From positions 30,134,001-30,194,000 of the forward strand of contig NC_058368.1 of assembly GCF_018350175.1 (NCBI RefSeq): a stretch of DNA of 60,000 bases, given 5' to 3'. Source of the stretch: Felis catus. Its lineage: Eukaryota. How positions within the stretch are numbered: the stretch's first letter is position 1; the number at the start of each line of letters is the position of its first letter. Under the pieces are notes generated by a model, which had not been told where the DNA came from, did not search any database, and saw only the letters and a list, made by a program, of their open reading frames with translations. This document shows, piece after piece, positions 49,722-60,000 of this stretch. The translations under genes were made by a program, and so were the position numbers.

Positions 49722-50209
49722 TGTGCCAGACTGTTTTAAAAACTATTGACCACATCTCCTTCAGTTACCACCATGACTTTGAAGATGGGCAACAACATCT
49801 TCATTTTTATGAAAGAGGAAATAGAACTTTCTACAGAGTTAGTAACAAACTGTCTTTAGATTATAGAAGTGCTGATGATGAACTCAGGCTTCGGGTTTTC
49901 TGACTCCAAAGGCCTTTCTCTTTTCAAACTCACCATGCTGTCTCCATCTGTAAGGGCTCTTTCAATTCAGGATTTCAGACTGGATTTGAAACCAGATAAG
50001 AATCGATAAACACATATAGTCTAGAGCAAAATATTTCCAGCTTATGATAAAAATTGGAGCAAACATACATAATACAGCCAACTGGATATATTCCATAGTA
50101 TGACTTTGTGTTAATTCCAGTCCCTCTTCAGTAAGTGACAACTGAAACTCTTAGCCAAATGTGGCTAAGGGAATTGTGAAGTTTTCAGTCCTTTCCCAGA
50201 TCCTATTTG

Positions 50210-50670
50210 TTTTAATTTTTGTCTTGGGTCGGTGGATACTATGGATTGGTTTGCTCTCTACTCACTCCAACCCTCTTCTAAAAGTGCCTCCTTGTCTTTG
50301 AGAGAATAGAACACTGATAGTCACGTTTTCCAGACTCCCTTGTGGCTCGGGTTCTGTGTATGCTTATGTTCCATTCATTAGATGCATACATGTGAGGCTT
50401 TCATTTGGAATCGATCCCTTTTACTGTCACAGATCATGGTGGAGGCTTCATGGTTCAGGAATGAGTCGTTGTGACAGCAGCTGCCTTGGTGGTCCTTTCC
50501 TGGGCTCTGAATTTTGAGGATAATTCTTGAAAGCTCAGCCCAGAATTATCTGTTTACCTGTTTCTTCAGCCTCCCAGTGATTCTGTGAACAATATGTGTA
50601 TGCAGTATGAAATTTATTTTTGTTTACTCTTTCTTACTGGATTCTGTAATGGCAATTAAGAACTTGGGCT
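50210..50670 (+). mobile_element. Old LTR (LTR33/ERVL-like)
   Basis: tttccagactcccttgtggctcgggttctg and 3' aaatttatttttgttta...ggattctgtaatggcaattaagaac. Confidence 0.5.
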
Positions 50671-50832
50671 AATGCAGTTCAGAGTCCTAGGACTGTTCTT
50701 AGAGGAATGAGAAATTCTTTATATAAGAAGAGCTAATTTGCAAATTGCAGAAAAATCTTGGCTTATCTGTTGGTGGTTGCACACAATTTCCACTTCAAGT
50801 ATGAGCTTCCATGAACCATATTGCTCTAATTC

Positions 50833-51071
50833 TTTTTTTTTTATTTTTTTTAACATTTATTCATTTTGAAAGACATTATTCATTATTCATTTTGAAAGAC
50901 AGAGCACAAATGGGGGAGGGCTAGAGAGAGAGGGAGACACAGAATCTGAAGCAGGTTCCAGGCTCTGAGCTGTCAGCACAGAGCCTGACGTGAGGCTCAA
51001 ACTCAGGGACCGTGAGATCATGACCTGAGCCGAAGTTGGCTGCTTAACTGACTGAGCCACCCAGGCGCCCC
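50833..51071 (-). mobile_element. Can-SINE (SINEC)
   Basis: TSD catattgct(c/t)taattctt; internal duplication of ttattcattttgaaagaca in the tail. Confidence 0.94.
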
Positions 51072-52269
51072 CATATTGCTTTAATTCTTGCCACACTGCA
51101 ACTCAACTTTATTATTGCACAGATTTATCAGTAAGGTTGGACTTTAGGACCTCAGTTTCCTATAGGGTGCACGTTGCAAAATTCTTGTGGCAGGTGTTTA
51201 TTGCCAAAAATGAACCCTGTGTTCTGCATTATTTTTTTTCTGGGCTGTTTGCCTGGCTGTTCTGAGGCCTCAGAACTGGTAGAGAGTTTAAAGGCTGTAT
51301 TTGCTGCGACTCAGTTGTTCCTGGAAATATACCCCTCCTCCTGGGCAGAAGGTCTAGGATGCCAATATGTCTTGCGTCCCTTCCTCAACCCCTCCATCCA
51401 GACCCTCCGGCATCTTTCTCCCTTAGCCTCATGATATCACTCCGGTTAAAATTAAATCATTTCATGCCACCTTATTTGGGCTACCAAGCATATAGTCCCA
51501 TAGAGCATGTGTGAACTCACATTGTAACATACTCTGCTGTGAGATAACATGCGTGCACAGGAAGACTTTGCAAACTGCAAGATGTTATCAAATACTGGCT
51601 TTTCTTACTGGCTTGATTCCTGAGCCCTGAGATTTCATAGGGATTCCTCAGCACCTTCATAGGGGGTCAGGCCTTCCCACCTCTCTTTACCTCAAGCAAT
51701 TCCATTTATAATCTCTTTTATGCTCTGCTGCTAAAAAGTTTGAAAATCGCTGATCTCATCAAACCCTTGGCCTGTGCATGAATCCTCTTTATGACATCTC
51801 TTACAGTTGATTGTCCTGCCTTTGCCTGATTACATCCAGTGACGGGGACCTCATTACTTTACCAAGTAGCACATTCTATTTTAGGAAAGCTTGTATTGTT
51901 CTTTGTTTCACAATTCTTTAGGCCAAGAGAGAAGAAATCCTAGCTAACTGATCCTGCTTTGGTTTTGGTTAACTGAGATTTTTCTCTGTAAACATTTTTT
52001 ATGCACAGATAATCATTCTAGGTATTTTGGTGGTTCGTGTCATTATTTGATGCCTTCCTTGAGTAGAAGTGAAGGTAGGTATGTTGCCCCTACCACTTTC
52101 ATTTGTACATCTTAATGGTGAGAAATAAAATAACCATAAGGTAACACTGGGTGATCATGAGCAATTCACCAGCCAATGTTGTGGTTCATGAGATGTGCAG
52201 CTGAGTTAGGGGCAGGACGGAGGCCTATGTTGAGGGTCTACCCTGTGTTCAGCCCATCGTATGTATTTT

Positions 52270-52660
52270 TATATGAAATTCTTACAGAAATCAATCTTAG
52301 GTACAGTTATCTTGAAGCCCAGATACCTTGAGAAAATGGCATAAAATTTCACAGCTAATCAGTAGGGGAGGTGGAATTTTAACCCCGGCCTGTCTCATTC
52401 TGGAATTTGAGTTCTTTCCTCTGCTCCAGAAGATAACATCCAGGCTTTCAACTCTGGCCACTACCACAGTTTTTATAACAATACACATTGTTCTGCAGTC
52501 AAGAATATCTGCTTAATAAGTGCCTCTTCTGGCCTCAGTTTGCTTACCTGCAAAACGGGGATAATGATCAGAGGTCCCTTACAGGGTTGTTATGAAGAAT
52601 AAAAACAACGTTTACAAATCTGTACTTTTTGTCTGCCTGTCCCATAGTTAGCACAGGATT
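52270..52660. mobile_element. Two MIR fragments (minus ~52270-52440, plus ~52520-52660)
   Basis: cacagctaatcagtagg...ttaaccccggcctgtc and ggcctcagtttgcttacctgcaaaacggggataat. Confidence 0.7.
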
Positions 52661-54559
52661 TATGATAACTTTCGGTTCTTCTCGTTCTTCCGTGCCATGC
52701 TCTTCCCATGAGTGAATTAGGGAGCATGAGGGCATTCACACGTGCATAGCCGAATGAGAAACTGAAGACAAAACGCGTATGTTAGAACGTCTTCGGCCCC
52801 TTTTATATCCGGGGGCTTTGCTGCTGACGTAGATCGTGACGCTAGAAGGCAGAGCATGGCCATGGAGACCGGGGCCATGAAGGTGGTAGAGGGGAAACAC
52901 TGTAGTTGCTTCCAGGCTAAGAAGGACCCCGGAGGATGCACATGGACCCTGCAGTCCAGCATCCTGGGCATGTGGGTGGAAGAGAGGAAGACAGCCCTCT
53001 CGATGAGCACACCAGGCCAGTTCAAAGGCATCATCACCGTGGCGGTGGTTTTATCCTCATCTATTTGTGACCCTCTGATATGGGAAACAGATCCATTAAA
53101 CCAAATAGGACGAAGCTGCAGAGACTGCCTCGCTGGGATGCGGCCCGTCAGGCTGCCGTCTCCCTGCTGGTGCTAATGGACTGCAGTGCGGAATCCTAAC
53201 CCCCGCGGCCCCGCCGCCCGAACAAGTGCAAGGCTGAGGGCTGCTGAACACCACACGCTTCTCTAATGGATCACAATTACGGAGACAACTGTGCTAAGTA
53301 ACTTTCCACGATTTGCTCCGAAAACTTGCAGTGTGTTCAATAGCCCTCAAAATTTTTCATTTGGAACCTGGGGTGAGGGGGTATGGCAGTGGTGATACCG
53401 AGCTGTGCTAGAATAAATACAGTCAGCTCAAGAGATTTTAGTTTCCCTTTGAAGTGTATAGCGTGTAAAAGAGTTTGGGCTCTTTTAGCTTCATTTGTAT
53501 CTCAAGGTAGCACCTGGCAGGAGAAGGGAGGGAAATTGCAAAGACAGGACAGGTGCTGGAAGGAACGGGATCTTTCACAAAGAAGCAGGCACCCGCCCTT
53601 TTGGGAACAACGCCCTGCGTTTACAAAGCAATGACCTGCCCAGGAATTCTGAGAGGGCTGAGTACAGGAATTGTCCCCTTAGCACCGCCGGTGCTGTGGG
53701 GCCAGGTGCGGAGTGTCAAATACAGTCCCCCAAATCCTGGGGACGAAGCAGGGGATGCCGCTTATCTCCATGGACATCCTCGGGAGGACTCCAGTGCCCC
53801 CGCCCATTGTCTCTGGTGAGTGAATGGAGCTTCAGAGCTCAGATCTCTGAAAAGAAGCGCTAATTATTTACTCCAAATACCGTCCAGAAGCTAACCCAGA
53901 TCTGCAAAGTGCCTCGTGTTATTATCACAACCACCCATTCTCAAGTCGCAGCTTTGCACTTCAGAAATAGGTGAAAATGAGATTGGAGGGAGGTGGCTTC
54001 TTGGGGCTCTCTCCTGGCACCGGTTCCCTGGCTGTGATTTGTCACTCTTCCAGGGGAACGAATGTCAGCACTTCTCTTTCAGGTGACAGGGAAGGGGGAC
54101 TAATGATGGCCTCATTCTCTCTGAGAGGCCCCCGCTGCAGTTAATGAGTGCAGCCCGGTGGCCCGGTGGGGAAGGCTGTGGTTGAAGGTGGACAAAGCAT
54201 TGCTGGGCGTGTGGGGACAAATTTCACGAGTCCAGGAGCAGGCTGAGTGTCTGTAGCTGTCTCCTAGAAGAGCAAAGTTCACTCTTGTAACTCGGGCACC
54301 AGCGGTGGGTTCCTTAACCTCAGGGCTCCTCAGCCCTGTAGAAGGCACCGCGGTTGGTTTATCACACAGTGGGGTGGTGTTGCCCCAAGAGGTTGTTGAT
54401 TTGGGGTTCTCCTTTCGTGGAGGCCAGGGGGAGAAGGAGACTGGGGACATATAAGAACTTCGTCCAGCCTGCTTTGGGCCATGCGTCAGACCCTCAATAG
54501 TCAGAAAACCACTAAAGTCATCTCCCTTCTCATCACCATCGTCCCTTCCAGCTGCCCTG

Positions 54560-54870
54560 CCCGATGCCGCCTCCGTTCAGTGGCCTGTGCTCTTTCCTCC
54601 CCAAAGACAGCCTGCTCTTGAGACACTCCTGGCTCTTTCCTGTCACTTGCGTGGTTCTGGCAGCAGGCAGAGGCCCTCCTCCCTTCTCTTTGAGCTTCCC
54701 TGGATTGTGTCGCCTTCCACACTGTGCTCAAATTATTTATTTACCTGTCTGTCTGCTCTATTGCCTTGTTAACTCTTCTAGAGAAGCACCCATATCTTAT
54801 TTATTTTCTCATCCCCAGGGCCTCCAGACAGGAGACGCTCCCTGAAAGTTTGTGAAAGAACAAACGTGCT
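54560..54870 (+). mobile_element. L2 3' fragment
   Basis: ttatttatttacctgtctgtct...ttatttattttctcatccccagggcc. Confidence 0.5.
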
Positions 54871-56544
54871 GAGTCACTTGCACACTGAGTGGGGGTCCCG
54901 GCTGCCGTCCCATCCTGCCGCGCATCTTTAACGAAGATACCGTGTGTCCCTGTTTCAGCTTCTTTCTTATCTGTTCAGAAGAAATGGGTGTGAAAGTAAT
55001 ACGGCCCCACCTTGTTAGGAAGTAGCAAACTAGAGACTTCTGCTGATGTCCATTTTCATGTCTGCCCCACGTTGAGATGTCGCTGTGACCGGGGGCCAGC
55101 CGGCCTGCTTTAGCCCACGTCGGCACAGATAATCAAACGGTAGTCTCTCTCTGACAGTGCTGATCATAGACACCGTTAAAAAAGAAATGGTCATAATGTA
55201 GGTGACTAAGAGAGAGGCCAGCCTTCTGAGTGGCAAGTTAGTAGCTCGGGGCAAACTACAGAGTGGCAGAGACCTTGCCTGGGGGGCATGGCCCACGCCT
55301 TCCAACGGCTGTGGGTGGGGGGGCTGTTGGGAGACAGAGGGCTGAGGTAGACAATCATCTACATTTTATTAAAAATAATTGGAGAAGTTTACAGACTTTT
55401 TTTTTTTTGCAAACATGCAACTGTCAGGCATGGGTAGAAAAGGAACGTTTTCCAAATTGTGAGAAATTCGAATGTCGTGGCAAAAAAAAAAAAAAAAAAA
55501 TCAGGAGTCTGATGATTAAATGTAGAGAGCTGTCATCTCGGCATTATATTAAAATAACTCGCCTCAAGCAAGTGCACAGTATTTCTTCCTTTCAATCTGT
55601 CATTTCTCGGGAGGCCCTTGCCCCGGTTGGCTGCTCCGATGGCTTTGTAGCCAAGGCAGTAACAGCAACTGGGACGCTCCGGCTTTCTGGGGGTGGGCTG
55701 GGGGGGCGACGTGGGGCGGGGTGGGAAAGGGGGGGCTCATTCACCGTGTGGCCACAGCAAGCCCTTGGCAGAGCTCCTGGTTCTTTGTGACTTGCTGGGG
55801 CTCCGTGGCATCGGAAGCTTCAAGCAGCACCCTAGCAGGTGCATTATTTTCAGCAGTGCTCCTCAGACAGTGGTCAGGCTGCAGGCAGAACGAGTTGCAT
55901 TTGTTTATGAAATCTGTTGCTTAATAGGACCATCAGCGTCTCATTGCAGCCTCCAGTCACGATACTTTTAATGATGTCCACACTGTGCCGCTTTCACATG
56001 CAAACCGGGTGGGAGCAGAACGATGGGAAAAAGCTTAAATTGGCAGAAGAGAGGAGGGCGACGCTGGGGGCTGGGTTGGGGACGATGTCCCCGTCTCCGC
56101 TCCGTGGAATAGAGCAGATGTGTCTCCGCGTGTGTCTCTTGCCTCTTGCTTGGGCTCAAGTGGCCATTTAGCCTCCTTACCTAGTCACGTGTTTCCTGTG
56201 CATCCCAGGGTAGCCCCTCCTGTTGCTCAACTTCCCTGATGCCTGAGCTGTAACATAATGACGGGGCCTCATCGACTCTGGGAAATTTTCACGATAATAG
56301 CGCTTCCGTTTGTGCGACATTTTGGCCTTTGGAAACACATCTGCATCTAAATCTTGTCTCTAACAAAGGGGAGGCCGAGCGGATTGGACAGCACTGGTGT
56401 CTTACATTTGCCCAGCCCTTCCTGGTTTACAGGGCCTGTCTACACACACTGAGGCTTAGCCGGGCTCTGATTCTTATGACGGTTTTCTCCATAACACAGA
56501 GGAAGACAGCATGGCCAATCACTAAGAGGGTGGGATTTAGGCTC

Positions 56545-56695
56545 CGGTCTGTTCTCTTGCTTATGTCTGTGTGACCTTGGACCAGGGACCTTACCCTGGC
56601 AGAGCTCTGACTTCTTCTGTAAAATAAGGACAATCATCACATGCTTAGAGGTTATTCCCAGGGTTAAATGCAATCATACAGAAGTGAAGCATTTC
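56545..56695 (+). mobile_element. MIR fragment
   Basis: ctgtgtgaccttggaccagg...cttctgtaaaataaggacaat...gggttaaatg. Confidence 0.7.
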
Positions 56696-57939
56696 GTAAC
56701 AACTGGTACCTATTATTATCGGTGGCAGTGTTAGAGAAATACAGATTACGAGGCTTGGCTGAAGGCACCATGGCCAGGGCCGGAATTGCACATGCCTGGT
56801 TCCTGGAGAGCCAGGTCTCCTGAGTTCTCCCCGCCTTCTTCCCTGCCCTTGCTGTCTCTCCAAGCACCCAAGGAGTGTGCAGATTTTCCACCTTTCAGCA
56901 ATTCCAGAGCCAGCCAGCCTGTGAGGATATAAAAAGCAACTGAAGAGCCTGCAGAAACGCAGGTGCAGTTTGGGGTCCCTCTGCCAAAAGTGCAGCCTTT
57001 CTTCAAAGCCCTTCAGCGTCACCTCTCCTTGCCTGGCCTGGCTGGCGACGCCGGCGCCCTGCCCCCGCCCTCCCCAACGTTGGCTCTTTCAGCCCAGGGG
57101 TGATGCCGCCGGAGCCATCTGAGTCTGAAAGAGGATTCACCTTGACCTTCCTTTTTCCCAGAAGAAGACACAACACAAATGAGGCCATCAAAAGCCCCGC
57201 AGTTCCTCCCCCTCAGCGTGTCTCAAAGCCCTCGCTCTGACCCCCATCGATCAGCCGTAAAACATAAAATCAACAGAGTTTTGCTTTTCCGTTTCATGCA
57301 GAAAAATGAACACTGACCAGGCTCATCAGCCAAGCTCACGGAAATACGCGGTACAAATGGGAGCGCCCACAGGCTCCTCTCTCAGATCCTCTAAAGCCTC
57401 TTCTTTGTCCTGGTCCCAGATGACAGCTGTGGGGCAGGGCGAAGTCCTGCGGCTAAGTACGAAGTTCATCGTCGTCCCGCACAGAGGGTGCTTCGAGCGA
57501 CTTGGTGACTGACAGCCTGAATAAGCAGTTATTTTTCCAGGCTCAGGTGTAAGAGGCACACGCAGCCCGCTGCCTGACCTTATTCAGCTGAGCTTGGCAT
57601 CCGGGGCCGGCTCACTGCCACCATTACCTGTTAAGGTTAAAATATCATCGAGTTGATTGATGATGAGGCTCTGATCGTGTTACTCTCCTACTGAAATAAT
57701 TTTTGACCGGGCTCCCCGTGCCACAGGATCAGGTCCAAACGCCTCCCTGGGACATTCATGGCGTGTCATGGTCTGACCCCAATCTACCCTCCCAGCTGTA
57801 GTTCTTATTACGGGGCTTCGTGAGCCCTGGGATGCAGACAGGCTGAACTGCTCCGTGAGTCTGTCCCGTGCTTTCCCACCTCTGTAGTCACTTACATTTT
57901 TCCTTCCTCTGGGGTGCTCATTTTCCTGACTGTCCATGT

Positions 57940-58520
57940 GTGTCGTAGGCAGCGAGGGCTGCTGTAACCACACCATAAGCTGGGCGATCTAAATTTTTTT
58001 TTTTTTCAACGTTTATTTATTTTTGGGGACAGAGACAGAGCATGAACGGGGGAGGGGCAGAGAGAGAGGGAGACACAGAATCGGAAACAGGCTCCAGGCT
58101 CTGAGCCGTCAGCCCAGAGCCCGACGCGGGGCTCGAACTCACGGACCGCGGGATCGTGACCTGGCTGAAGTCGGACGCTTAACCGACTGCGCCACCCAGG
58201 CGCCCCTAAGCTGGGCGATCTAAACAGCAGACGCTTACTCTTGCGGTTCTGGAGGCCGGCGAGTCCAAGAGCAAGGCTTCCGGCAGGCTCAGTTCCACAG
58301 TGAGGACCCTCTTCCTGCTGTGTCCTCACAGGTGGAGAGAGGGAGCCTCTTCCCCTTCCTATAATTATGGGCACTAATCCCATCATGGCAGCCTCCCCCT
58401 CATGACCTCATCAAAACCGAGTTACCTCCCAAAGGCCCCACCTCCATTCACCGTCACGTCGGGGGTCAGGGTTTTGAGGTATAAATTCTGCGGGAATACT
58501 AACGTTTGGCCCACAACCAT
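57940..58520 (-). mobile_element. MLT1-type solo LTR split by a SINEC_Fc
   Basis: agggctgctgtaaccacaccataagctggg...gttctggaggccggcgagtccaag...catgacctcatc...acctcccaaaggccccacctcc. Confidence 0.85.
57994..58206 (-). mobile_element. Young feline SINEC_Fc
   Basis: Perfect 18-nt TSD taagctgggcgatctaaa at 57976-57993 and 58207-58224. Confidence 0.96.
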
Positions 58521-58529
58521 GTCTAAATC

Positions 58530-58820
58530 CCCTCTACTCTTCAAGCCTCATTTAAAATACAATCTCTTCCATGAAGAGGAGACTCCTGTTTCCTCCAAGT
58601 ATAAATAATTTCTCCTCTTCTCAACTCCTATAACCCTTTGCATACACCCCTGTCTTTGGACATTTATGCTTTCTGTTGTACATTATGTTTTATATGTGCT
58701 TTCTTTTCTTTACAAGATTCTGAGCTCCTTGAGGGCAGGGGCTGTAACTCTATGTTATGAATCACGGGCATTTGGCCAGAGTCCTTGACGTCCATGGAGC
58801 GCACTTAGCAAGTAAGTAAA
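58530..58820 (+). mobile_element. L2 3' fragment
   Basis: agattctgagctccttgagggcagggg...gcacttagcaagta. Confidence 0.6.
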
Positions 58821-59123
58821 TAGATGCTCCCATCTGCAGGAGAGCCTCGTGTGGGCTACCCCAGGGCCTCTGTGCGTGATAAGTGCATTGTGAAAGTCAG
58901 GTATTGTGACCTCTTGTATCTGGCGGGCTGTTCAATAGTTTACATGTAACCCCCGAGTTGAGGGATTCATCCAGTATGGTTTTCTAGACTGTTCTTTAAG
59001 GGGATGAAGTATATATCACTCTCCCATATCAGTGAGGAATCTTGTGGTCACATACACGCATACACAACCCCACGCTGACATGGGAATGGCTTGCCCAAAC
59101 TCTCTTTAAAATAATCTGCTCTT

Positions 59124-59345
59124 GGGGTGCCTGGGTGGCTCAGTCGGTGAAGCGTCTGACTTCGGCTCCAGTCATGATCTCGCGGTTCGTGAGTTCGAGC
59201 CTTGCGTTGGGCTCTGTGCTGACAGCTCAGAGCATGGAGCCTGCTTCACATTCTGTGTCTCCCTCTCCCTGCCGCTCCCCTGCTCATGCTCTGTCTCTGT
59301 CTCTCTCTCTCTCTCAAAAATAAACATTAAAAAATTAAAAATTGC
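59124..59345 (+). mobile_element. Feline SINEC_Fc
   Basis: Full body; flanking repeat ctttaaaat(a/g)atctgctctt. Confidence 0.95.
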
Positions 59346-60000
59346 ACTTTAAAATGATCTGCTCTTGAGTGCCGCTTGAGGTGTTAGTATCAAAAGAATC
59401 CATAAACAACATTTGTGAGGTATTAATGATTCTAACGCTATTGATTCCTGACCATAACATTGAGACCTAACATGGTATCACGGGCCCCGAAGATCATAAG
59501 ACATTATCCTTACAGGAGATCCTGATCATGCCGTACAGTTTTTCTAGGAACTGGCCTTTCGGAGCACGTGAGGGATGCCTAACGATTGTGACCTCTGCCA
59601 CCACCACTCTTGGGAGTGAATATGTCTATCCATCTTTTATTCAAATGGGCTCCAATTATTAATTTTACTTACAGCACCCATTATGTATTCTGCTGGACAT
59701 ACATAAGGCCCAGGAAGCTCAGGTGCCCTGGGTATTTTCTAACTTTGACTACCAACATAGTATTACCTGCGTGTTGTTATTCTCTAGAGTGAAATAATCA
59801 AACTACAAATTCTTGCGGCAACCCGTAAATGAAACTGTGTTGAGGGAATGTGAACTCTGTGTTCTCGAGGAAGCGGTTCTTCCTGCCACGCCAGGGCTGC
59901 TCTGCCTTTGCATAATCGCAGGCGGAGGGAGAGGTTCGCCCGGCAATATTTAAATTATATATATTTCCATTTCGTTAATGAAACACCACCAAAGTTCAGG

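Noticed and set aside
55263..55790. 175-aa ORF
   Set aside because: Non-ATG start, crosses poly(T) and poly(A) runs, and shows no protein-like motif or splice context.
56928..57075. TATAAAAAG followed by a GC box
   Set aside because: The GC box lies downstream of the TATA and no gene structure follows; such motifs are expected by chance.

Overview
Mammalian genomic DNA, almost certainly a felid, judged from feline-type Can-SINEs and a young carnivore L1. Bases 1-3405 hold the 5' half of a young, apparently intact LINE-1 on the minus strand: YY1-site 5' end, CpG-rich 5'UTR, intact ORF1, and ORF2 open to the window edge. It is nested in an ancient L1M. The only host-gene-derived sequence is an unprocessed, four-exon protocadherin-8-like pseudogene on the plus strand (about 15350-23821). 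It is a mosaic. A central ~1.2 kb CpG-island block (EC1-EC4) is near-identical to mammalian PCDH8. The N-terminus, EC5-EC6, TM region and three downstream exons are diverged and frameshifted, and by my recollection of the sequences they resemble amphibian paraxial protocadherin (PAPC) more than PCDH8. This suggests an ancient dead paralog partly refreshed by gene conversion from PCDH8. The rest is gene desert: SINEC, MIR, L1M, L2, MaLR/ERVL LTRs, MER DNA transposons, microsatellites and several repeat-free blocks that may be conserved enhancers. Repeat subfamily names and the boundaries of old repeats are approximate, and all comparisons with reference proteins are from memory, not from a database search.
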